DNA of 64,000 nt, taken from the NCBI GenBank assembly GCA_965113315.1, contig OZ220372.1, one strand, 5' to 3'. Positions within the stretch are counted from its first letter, which is position 1; each line of letters opens with the position of its first letter. Position numbers and translations under genes: made by a program. Below the pieces are notes generated by a model. That model was not told the origin of the DNA. It did not search any database and worked only from the letters and a program-made list of their open reading frames with translations. This document shows, piece after piece, positions 1 to 9,752 of this stretch. Source of the DNA: Podarcis vaucheri. Taxonomy: Eukaryota.

Positions 1-1691
1 GAGCATGTGACAGTTGGTATTATATTTTATAGACTATAAAATGGCTTGTTCATTCAAAGCAACCTAGTCCCTGGACACTTGCCAATGGCTTAATCTTTCC
101 ACAGCAAATACTCCTAACAGGACACCTTAGAGCTTTTTCCCCCCTTTGACTCTCTTCCTGCTCCCTCAAATTATATTCATTCTCGAGCAAGGCATTCTAC
201 TGCCCCTACCCACGTCAACCACAGCTGCCCTTTGGTGCAAAATGGAAATGCTTTATTTTCATGCTCTCTGGGTGCCTATCAACCCCTCTGAAAGCAGCTC
301 AGCATTGACATGCTTTGGAAAGCCCAGCTGGAGGAACATATTGGGAAGCGCAAGCAGTGTAAATGTCACATCACTCTTTCCCTTTCCCTTTTCTGAGGCT
401 GAAGTGATGCCCGAGTGTCTCCCATTATGTAACACACAGTGCACATGGGAGCCAGGATGCCACAGGGTGGATTACAGGCAGTGAGTGGAACAGCCGCAGC
501 CATCGGACAAAGCTATTTTTATAGCTCAGCTCTTGCCGCCGCCCCCCTTCTCCTCTAGCTCCTCTCATAGTGCCAAGCAGAGGAATAAGATATTGCAAAG
601 TTTTGTTGAAAGGAGTACAAGAATTCCTTCACTGTAACTTTGTTAGACAACCAGCAACACTAAAAAGCTGAGGTAAACCTGGAGATTCTGATGTCCAGGT
701 CAGACTCTTGGAGGTGCCTCATCATCTTAACAGCAAGTATGGTCGCCTGAGCTGGCACTTATCTCTGCTGGGGAAGATTTTTCCTCAAACACCGAAGGTT
801 GTACACCTCCTCATTTCAGCCACCACCCACCCCCCTTTCCTGACTTTGGTGTGTCTCCTTAATCCCCATTCCCTGCAGTAGTGGCAGTCCCTCTCTCTCG
901 TAGTAATATTAGAAAGGTCACTCCACTGCCATTCCCACCCAGGGCGACCGGAGCAGGATGTCGGTGGAAACTGCACCATAGTGAATAGGGAATCTAACAC
1001 CCCTGGAATCGCCCCATCAGCTGAACAGAGAGGGAGAGACAGATGGTCAGGAGCAAGAGAATGCCTGCTTAAAGAGGCTACATGTGACCAGCTTTCTCTC
1101 AAAAGCCCTGCTCACCCACTCCACTCCCTGGGCTGGCTGTTGCTGAATCAACCAGCACCAAGGCAAATAGCTCTAGCTCCTGTCTGCAGATCAACCAGAT
1201 GCAGAAGAGGGCAGGGGACTTTTCGTTGTCATCAGAGACGCCTCCTAAACACAAAAAGTGGTCTACAGTAATCAAACAGCCTAATGTCTGAAGTAGAATT
1301 TTTGACAAAAGTTCAGAACATCCTGCCACTGTGCTGGGTGCAGTTTTAGGCATAAATCTTAATTTCACTTAATTCCCAAGGGAGTAATGTTTTAGGGGAG
1401 GGGGACGCTTCAAAAATAGAACTACAGTATATATTAATTTACTGGCTTTCTGTGCAAAATGAAAGAGATTTGGGGCATCCAGTAACGCTCTGGGAAACTA
1501 TAGGTATTGTTCTGCATGCCAAGCAGTTCTGGAAGTAGAAAGGGTCTCCCTTTTCACTCCACTTGGTAGGGCAGTGAACTCCTTCTCTGGGGGACAGATA
1601 AGTGGCATGGTTGGTTTCCTACTGGCCTCTTGGTTTACTTTCCTTGTTTTTCTAGCACTGGATATCATTTTTATTTGTGGAGAGGGAAATA

Positions 1692-1922
1692 CAGTGGTAC
1701 CTCTGGTTACAAACTTCATTCATTCCTGAGGTCCGTTCTTAACCTGAAACCGTTCTTAACCTGAGGTACCACTTTAGCTAATGGGGCCTCCCACTGCCGC
1801 CACGCAATTTCTGTTCTCATCCTGAGGTAAAGTTCTTAACCTGAGGTACTACTTCCGAGTTAGCGGAGTCTGTAACCCAAAGTGTTTGTAACCCGAGGTG
1901 TTTGTAACCCAAGGTACCACTG
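1692..1922 (-). mobile_element. Non-autonomous Tc1/mariner (pogo/Tigger-like) MITE
   Basis: TIRs CAGTGGTACC.../...GGTACCACTG flanked by TA on both sides (1690-91, 1923-24); interior is the reverse complement of the copy at 62264-62505. Confidence 0.75.
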
Positions 1923-2194
1923 TACATGGTGAGGGTGCTCTCCCCCCCCCCTTTTCTTGCCCTGGATGGCATGGGGTGGGAAGTGAAGCAGGGATGGCTC
2001 TACCTTCCTTCTTTTCCTCGCTCTGGAGGACATTTTGATGGGGTGGAAAGAAGAGGGGAGAGGGTTGGCTTCCCTTTGTTTCTTGTATTTTGATCAAGTG
2101 TTGGGGAGGAAGAGGCAAAGGGGATGCCATCCCCACTTGCCTTAAGGCTTGTCTCATTTCTTTTCTGCCCAGAAGGGCATATTTATTTTTTAGT

Positions 2195-2195
<1 letters not shown>

Positions 2196-2239
<44 letters not shown>
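2196..2239. repeat. (AAT)n microsatellite
   Basis: Direct reading; explains the poly-Ile ORFs 1849..2268 and 2090..2326. Confidence 0.95.
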
Positions 2240-3638
2240 TCCTCCATGCAGCTCAAGGTGCTATACATAGTTCTTCCTGCACGTCATTATATCCTCATAG
2301 GTTGGGCTGAGAGAATGGCTGGCTGAAAATTGCCCAGCGAACTTCATCACTGAGTGGGAATTGAAACCTTCATTTCCCTAGTCAACCAATCAGTTAGTTG
2401 ATGCTTTGCTACATAGGAATAAGAGTATTCCCAGTTTTGTGTCAAGCCATGCCCTCATGACAGCCATTTTGCATCAAGCCACGGTGCCTTGTGGCAGCCA
2501 TTTTGTGACTGGTGGCTTCAACATTCTCTCAAAATTCCAAAAATGTTGATGACCACTGCTTAAGTAGCACAATCAATGAGAATTGCTCCTCAGTCCTAAC
2601 CCAGCTCCATTTCAGATGCAGTCTGATGTTGCATTGTTAACAGTTTCCATTTCCTTGCTATAAAATTGGTCCCTCATGGTTGGAAGTGCTGTCCAGTAAA
2701 GGTACTTCAGTTACATTCATTAGCAGTTTAGCTTACATCCTCAACCGATTGGTTGAAAGCTCAACAAAACAATGTTAAAATGACATAGTAGCAGCCATGA
2801 CCCTGGAATGCAAAGCACCTTAGATCTACGAGATTAATGGCATTTAAACATAAATCAAGGTATAAAAATAATTTAAAAATCAGGTTCACATGGGGAAGTC
2901 ACACCTTTGGATGCGTTCACATAATACATTTAAAGCACGAGGCCAGTGCCAAGTAGTTAATACTTGCTTTTTTAGTGTTAATGACTCAAAATGTCAGGCA
3001 AACACTTAAGAGGCGGTGGCCAAAAAATGGAGTTTGCGGTACAAAACTGACTGAGGTTTTGGGAGGATACCAGATTTTAGGGTTTGTAGCTAATGGCAGG
3101 CAGACATTTTCATTATTTATTTGTATTTATATCCTACACTTTCAGCACAAAATAATCCCAGGGCAGCTGTTACAACACTTTGAAAGCAATCTGACTATAA
3201 AAAGGAAGCGCACGCACTAAAAACACAACAATGGTAACAGCAGCAGCATGTTGATCAGCACAAGAGGTTGATCAAACACAATACAGTATTTTTAAACGTC
3301 TAAGGAAAATAAGAAGGGTTCATGAAGCACTAAAAGACACAGAGTGCCAGGCTAAGTTTCCTGGGGAAAGTAGAGTTGTTACAGTTGAACAGGTCACTCC
3401 CATGTCCCCTGAAGCACCTCAGGTAGCAGAGACACCTGGAGAAGAGCTGTTTACAAAGATCTTAACACATCAGCTGGTAGATGTGAGAAAAGGCAGCTCT
3501 AGAGGTAACCAGACCTAAAGCCCCATAGATCATTAAACAGCAAGTATTAGCACTTGCAATTATGCTTGGAAACAGGCAGTCATGATATGTTTGCTAGGCC
3601 TGGTGCCAGTTGGTGACTTTATGATGTGCTTTTATTTA

Positions 3639-3858
3639 CAGTGGTACCTCTGTTTACGAACGCTTCAGGTTACAAGCTCCGCCCGAAAGTAGCTGCTCCT
3701 GGTTGTGAACTTTGCCCCAGGATGCGAACGGAAATTACGTGCTGGAGGCGCGCACAGTGGGAGGCCCCGTTAGCGAAAACGCGCCTCAAGATAAGAACTG
3801 TTTCAGTTTAAGAACAGATTTCCGGAACGAATTAAATTTGTAACCAGAGGTACCACTG
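3639..3858. mobile_element. Non-autonomous Tc1/mariner (pogo/Tigger-like) MITE
   Basis: TA|CAGTGGTACCTC ... GAGGTACCACTG|TA terminal inverted repeats with TA target duplication. Confidence 0.75.
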
Positions 3859-4280
3859 TAATTTTTAATTCTTTTGTTTTACTACTTTGTTGTTTTCCAC
3901 TTTGGGTTCCTTTGGGAGGCAGGGCAGGATAGGAATTTAATAAATATATATAATGATAATATTCCAAACCAAATGAAGTTTGAGAAGTCGGCAACATATC
4001 CACACATATTGTATATACACAGGTAACGCAGGTGTGTAATCTACACACCAAACATGTTGCAGTGATCTCATCTGGAAATGACCAGAGCTGGATCACTGTG
4101 GCTAAGCTGTCTCTGTCCAAAAAGGCCACGGCTGGCATGGCAACACCAGGTGGTGAAAAGACACTGCAAAGCACATCATGAAGGCCTCCAGTAACAAAGC
4201 TGAATTAAGTAGCACCCCAAGACTGTGGGTCTAATCCTCATCTTTTAGTTTGTATTGAATTTTTAAAATGCCATAGGCTT

Positions 4281-4320
4281 AGGTAAAGGTAAAGGTAAAG
4301 GTAAAGGTAAAGGTAAAGGT
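4281..4320. repeat. (AAGGTA)n hexamer repeat, same motif as the Sauria SINE tail (ACCTTT)n
   Basis: Direct reading; the same motif forms the tail of the SINE at 38314-38676. Confidence 0.8.
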
Positions 4321-5096
4321 AGTTAGGAAAGTTATTTTATTTTGTTTGCCTTCTTTCTGCTGCTCATTCTCTTCCACCATATGAATCCAACTAGACAGGA
4401 TGTGTGAGCGGATTGCTCCAAGTCCTGAATGCATGTTCAGAAACTTTTAGCATTATTTTGTAACCTGGCTTTCTTTGCTGCTGTATGGAAAAACACATGA
4501 ATATGACTGTTGATGATTTTGTAAGTACACTTCTTTTAAACTTACCAAACTGTGTAATCTATTCAATGCTAAGAGGGTAGAAAGGGAAAGTCGCCGTAAG
4601 CAACTTAGAATGAGATATTTAAAATGTCTAAGAGCCTATATTTCCATGCTTCACTTTGCTGCGTGTTTTGCATTTTAAAATCTCTGCTGAGGCTCTCTCT
4701 TTCCAGAAAGTATTCTACCCCGTGTTTGGATCTAGGAATCTGGCATTCTTTTCTTTAAATCAATCATAAACCAGCACCAACATATGGCAAACCACAGGTT
4801 GCCCATCTCTGCTGCAGAGGAAAGGGATAGCCTTGGAACGATTTTCCTTCTTTTTATAGGGCTACAAGAGCACTTGTGTGATAAATTGGATAAAGGTCCC
4901 TTTCACTGCACTTTAAATGAACACACAATACAGGAGAAAAGAGCACTTAAGCTTCTGTGACTTAGTACTATCTGTCAAAACACTCATTTATATAATTTGG
5001 GCTAAATGCAGAACACTTTCTGCATGGGAGAGTGCAGAATAATCTCCTTTTGGGCAGGGAAGTAGATCCTTTGCCAATGCAGTTTGCAGTTGTCAC

Positions 5097-5236
5097 CATG
5101 GGCGTAGCCGGGGGGGGAGCGGGGGGCAGCTGTTTCCCCCATCAATAAAAATAAATGAAAACACACAGCTAACTTAAATTCTGCCCCCCCCACAAAAGGC
5201 CTACCCCCCCCCACAAAAATCCTGGCTACGCCCATG
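5097..5236. mobile_element. Short TIR element (hAT-like MITE)
   Basis: CATGGGCGTAGCC ... GGCTACGCCCATG inverted termini; flanks GTTGTCAC/GTTGCTGC resemble a decayed 8-bp TSD. Confidence 0.6.
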
Positions 5237-5771
5237 GTTGCTGCTACATATCTCTCTGAAAAAAATATTTTGTTCCCCATACAGATTGGTTTTGACAAGC
5301 CTAGATCCTTCTTATCCAGAATGGCAGTCCCTGGGGTTGCAATCCTTTTCACTTGTGGCACAAAGACTTTTTTCTATAATTCATTATCCTTGAAACTGCT
5401 CAGTCATCCATACTAAACAAACTCGAGGAGAAGTGGACCAGAATGTAGAGTCTTAAGACTCTAGCCTGATCATCCATCATGCTGGTTCAACTGGCATATA
5501 AAAGGAAAGAAAGTGTGATTGTTTGCTAATGCGAGGTTTATTTATTTACAATCATTTTTTTACTGCCTTTCAGTTAAAGAAAATAAAAACCATTCCAAGA
5601 CAGCTGGTTGCAAAGCTTTGGCTGGATTAGTGTCAAAACAGTATGCTTCTCTTTCTCTCTCTCTCTCTCTCTTTCATTTCATATCAATAACCTTTAGTTT
5701 CTTGGGCAATCCCATCGGGAGGGTTATTTATTTTTAAAGGGACAAGGTCACAGCACTTGCTATGCTGCAAC

Positions 5772-5790
5772 AACGCCATCTGGTGGCGAG
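5772..5790 (-). promoter_or_regulatory. Candidate CTCF-binding site
   Basis: Minus strand reads CGCCACCAGATGGCG, matching the CTCF core CCASYAGRKGGCR; motif match only. Confidence 0.45.
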
Positions 5791-7796
5791 TCATTAGAAA
5801 AGCAGAACGTTTCTTAACCAAATTAGAAGATTGGAGAAGGGGTAAGATGAGCGTGATGAGGGCACAAGTATAAATGTGGGGGGACCTGCATGCGGAGGGA
5901 TGATGAATCCTCCCTCCCCTGATTTCCCTGGACTCCTTTGCCCTACTGTCAGGCCTTGGCCAGGATCTAACAAGGCCTCATGTGAAGAGCCCAATGCAGG
6001 GGCAACCAGCCAAGGTTCATAATGGCCAGAAGTATTATAAGGTTGAAAACATGAGACAAGGAGAGAGAGATTCCATGGTTACTTGGTAAGTTGTTCATCA
6101 GACTAAGAAGCTCAGTTGGACACAAGGGCTAGAAAAGTGAATAGAGAACAGAGAGGGTCAAAGCAGAGCAGAAAACGAAATCTAAACCCCTTCCCTCAAA
6201 ATCAGAAGGGATGGAAGTTGTTCAGTAACCCTGAACTTCGCTGGCCCCACTGGTGAGGGAAGCTGCTTTCAGGTCAGTCTTGCTGACTGTGCTCTCCTCT
6301 CCCAAAGCAAAGTTCAAAACCAGAAAATCAGTGTTACCTCCAGCATTGTAACTCCAAGTGTATCCCAGGTAAATCGTACATAAGGTCACCTATTGCAATG
6401 CCTGGAGTACTGCCAGTACTTTTGCTCTAAAGCCTTGCTACTTCCAGCTGCCCACTCACTTCCACCAATCTTAGCTCTTTCCGTGTCACTCCCCCTTTTG
6501 CAGAAGATAGTTCAGATGCAGTTTTTTAATTCAAACAACCACTGCTTAGAACTAACTCTCTCTCTCTCTCATCTCCCAATGAGGCAGCAATTTTTTTAAA
6601 AAAATCCTTCCAATTTTAGGAAGGCATGAAAATAACAAAGAACTAAACTTTTCAAGATGTGAGGTACAAACTTTTAAATACTACATGGAAGTCTCCCAAC
6701 AGACTCATGGAGGGACACCACATAGTATCGGAATAACTGGGAAACAGCAAAAATGGGGCAGGTGAGATGTATATCCACCAAAAAAGAGATTTGACAGGTG
6801 AGGTGCAAAACAAAAAAAATGAACCATGTTGCACACAGATAATAGGCAACTGCCCCTTTTTCCAGAATACAAAAGTTCTGAAGCACATCCTCTGGAATAC
6901 ATTTTCTCATCACACAATTAAATTTTAATGAAACTCTATCATTCCTTGCTTCCATTCCAGCCTGCCCACACCTTTAAGTCATTCTCACCTGCCTGACACC
7001 CAGAGCAATTAAACTGATGAGTATAAAAGGGCATTCTCTATATTGTCACCATAGCTCTTTTTCAGCTGGACTCCTTCAGGCCACAACATTTCAGGACTTT
7101 AGGAAAGGGTTGAAAACTTACCTGCTTACACTGGCCTTTCCTTGAATTAATTTTTTCTTGCTGCAGTTGATTTTGGCTATATATGTGTGATAGGGGTGGG
7201 GGGGTGGCTGGATGTTTATTGCTACTGGCTTATTAAATGTCTGTAATTTTTTGATGATATTGTATTTGTATTATTTAACAGAAGCCAACTTAACAGGGTT
7301 TGACTCTTAAAGCCAGCATACAAATAGATCAAATAAATAAACACAATTTAAATAAAACTATTTGGTTTGGAGGAAGGGCCAGTGGTATGACTGGGGTTGA
7401 TGTAGAAGACAGCTCCTTCAGTTGCAAGGGGACAACTGTGAAGAGCTGAAATGTATCACCATGGTGTCTCATTACAACCAAATGTCAGATGAAAGAAAGT
7501 GGAAAATAGAGACTGATTTCCAAGGTTGGAGAAAGACAATAGTTTAAAAGCTGGAAGCGGTTGGAGAAATTGTTTCAAAGAAAGACAGATATTTCATTGA
7601 TTCCATTGTTGCCTCTTATCAAGCAGGTTTTTTGCAACCAATACAAAATCCTGTAAAACCTGTTTAAGCAGAGTCAAAAGGAGGATAGTGTGTGTGTGTG
7701 TGTGTGCGCGCGCACGTGCGTTCATATACACACACACAACGCCCCCCCACGACAGCAATCTATCTTTCAAACCACCTTCAATTCTTTGAAAAAAGC

Positions 7797-8553
7797 TGTC
7801 AGGGGTTCAGAAGCAGAGACGCAGAGAAGGGTGGAAACAGAGAGCGAGGGGGAGGAAGCCGAAGGGAGAATGAGTGATGATGACGACCCGAGATCTCCAA
7901 GCCTAAGCAGTGAGTCAGAGGACTCCCAAAAGGGAGCCCCAGTGAGCAGAGCAAGGGGGGGATCCGGGGGGACACCCCAGGAGGAAGGGAACAGAGGAGA
8001 TTCAGAGAGCAGCAGCTGGAAGTCGGGACCCACGCTCAAGACTGAGAGCAGCAGGGAGGAAGGCAGCCAGGCATCGGGTTCCGGAGGCCGTCAGCAGGAG
8101 GGAGGGCACGAGTCAGGGGTGGTCACGCCCTCCTCAGAGAGCGAGGCAACGGTCAAGAGGAAAGTAGAGAGTTGGGCGCGCGCGCCAAGTTCAAATGCAG
8201 CGGAAGCTGGAGCAGTAAGCAGCCCGGAGAGTGAGCCAGGTCCCAAAGCCCGCCGAAAGGAAGTGGAAGGATCAGGGGGGTCAGCGTCAGAGGAGAGTAG
8301 AAGGGAGGAGTCCCAGGGGGGCAGAAGGACCCAGAGACGTAGGGAGAGGCGAAGGAGGTGGAGCAAGGCTAGGGTATTAAGCTGGTGTGCAAGAGGCGGG
8401 GACTCAGATGGGTCTTCGCCGACCTAGGGCAGAAGGTGTAGAGCTGCACGCTGCAGTTCGGAAATGAAACCTGTAACTCAATAAAGACTCTTTTAAAGTG
8501 GACGCTGTGTGGCGTGGTCCTATGTGAGCTGGGACCTGGTAGCAGCTCTGACA
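7797..8553 (+). repeat. 5' LTR (U3 7797-8405, R from about 8406, U5 to 8553)
   Basis: Matches 13606-14362 except T8264/C14073 and C8313/T14122 (by eye); TATTAA 8375-8380, AATAAA 8480-8485. Confidence 0.97.
8375..8410 (+). promoter_or_regulatory. LTR core promoter: TATA-like box (TATTAA) and initiator, predicted TSS A8406
   Basis: TATTAA starts 31 nt upstream of an Inr-like CTCA(+1)GA; this A is also the first base of the sequence complementary to the PBS. Confidence 0.7.
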
Positions 8554-8555
8554 GT

Positions 8556-8566
8556 AAGACCCATCT
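8556..8566 (+). other. Self-priming primer-binding site (AAGACCCATCT)
   Basis: Begins after a 2-nt spacer downstream of the 5' LTR; lacks the TGG of tRNA PBSs; exact reverse complement of 8406-8416 (AGATGGGTCTT). Confidence 0.85.
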
Positions 8567-8663
8567 CATCAAAGCTTCAGAAACCTGAAACCTCGCAGCG
8601 GGAGCAGAAGCCGCTAGGGGAGGAAGAGGGGTGTCTGTAAGCAAGCTCACAAAGGTTAGCAAG

Positions 8664-9740
8664 ATGACGGAAGAACAGAGGATCTCCGCGCTGCAAGAGG
8701 CAGTGACCCAGTTGTCCTCAGAGGTATTGGCTTCCAAGAAACGGGAGGAGGAGACTACAGCCGCCTACAGAGACCTACACGCCAGGTTTGAAATGCTTGT
8801 TAAGCAAGGGCAACCGGGACCCAGACCGGAGGGCGTGGGATTGGCACGGAGAGCAGGAGGGCTTGTGGCTCACTTCGATGGGACTTTGCAACAGTACCCT
8901 AATTTTAGAGCAGACGTAATGTGCGCACTGCAACTGCTGGCAAAAGACTTTAGAGATGAGGAAGAGAAGGTGGGGTTCATATTGTCCCATTTGCATGGGG
9001 ATGCCAAAGCCTGGCTGCGCAATTTGTGGAGGGATAAAGATCCGGCGCTTCAGAATGCAGATGCCTTTATCAAAGCGATGGATGCGTGTTTTTTGTCTAC
9101 TATTGATGTGGATCTTGCCAGACGGGAGATTCATGGACTAAAACAAGGGAGGGCGAGCGTCCGGCAGTATCACGCCCGATTTTTTGCGCTGGTCAGTGCT
9201 TTAGAATGGGATCGGGATTCGCCCCCTGTCAGAGACCTCTTCTGGGAGGGTCTAAGTTCTGCGGTTAAGGATGAAATTGCAAGGGGGGAGAGGCCCCGAA
9301 GCACGCAGGAGGTGGTCCAAAGGGCGCTGACTGTGGGGGTGAGGCTGGAAGAACGTCCATGGTTCAGAGATGAAGGACGTGGAGGGCGCGAAGCAGCGAG
9401 AAGTTTCTCTTTCGTTCCGAGGGAAGCAGCGCGTGCGCAATCCACACCTCCGCCAGGAGGGGGAGGGGAACCGATGGAGGTTGGAGGTGCAAGGGCTCAG
9501 TCAGCAGCCAGAGCCCTAGCACCGGCAGCAGTGAAAGCGAAGCCTCCTAGAGGGAACAGGAAGTGTTACATCTGCGAGGATCCAGGCCATTTGGCGAAGG
9601 AGTGTCCCCGGAGGCTCCACAAGCACACTGCAGCCTCAGCAATGGTGACTGCAGCAACGCAGCAAGGAGAACCACAGCAGGGAAACGACGATGTCTGGCT
9701 GGAGACGGAGGCACTGGGGCCCAGCCAGACGCATCTGTGA
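8664..9740 (+). CDS. gag: Gag (358 aa), PEG10/sushi-like capsid plus CCHC zinc knuckle
   Basis: First ATG at 8664; N-terminal coiled-coil-like stretch, FDG...KVGFILSHLHGDAKAW capsid motif, CYICEDPGHLAKEC (CX2CX4HX4C). Confidence 0.93.
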   Translation: MTEEQRISALQEAVTQLSSEVLASKKREEETTAAYRDLHARFEMLVKQGQPGPRPEGVGLARRAGGLVAHFDGTLQQYPNFRADVMCALQLLAKDFRDEEEKVGFILSHLHGDAKAWLRNLWRDKDPALQNADAFIKAMDACFLSTIDVDLARREIHGLKQGRASVRQYHARFFALVSALEWDRDSPPVRDLFWEGLSSAVKDEIARGERPRSTQEVVQRALTVGVRLEERPWFRDEGRGGREAARSFSFVPREAARAQSTPPPGGGGEPMEVGGARAQSAARALAPAAVKAKPPRGNRKCYICEDPGHLAKECPRRLHKHTAASAMVTAATQQGEPQQGNDDVWLETEALGPSQTHL

Positions 9741-9752
9741 AGCAGTCCCCAG
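9680..9752 (+). other. -1 programmed ribosomal frameshift: slippery heptamer G_GGA_AAC plus predicted H-type pseudoknot
   Basis: GGGAAAC 9680-9686 in gag frame; 6-nt spacer; stem 1 9693-9702/9721-9730 (10 bp); stem 2 9714-9719/9747-9752 (6 bp); pol is in the -1 frame. Confidence 0.88.

Noticed and set aside
1-7790. TOB2 coding sequence expected from amniote synteny
   Set aside because: No BTG/Tob-like peptide in any frame; the gene is presumably outside the window.
7690-8427. 245-aa ORF spanning host flank and 5' LTR as an independent gene
   Set aside because: The N-terminus comes from a (TG)n microsatellite with a GTG start; the rest is the LTR copy of the pol extension and lies upstream of the predicted LTR TSS.
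8554-8575. tRNA primer-binding site
   Set aside because: No TGG (complement of CCA) after the LTR; explained better by self-complementarity to 8406-8416.
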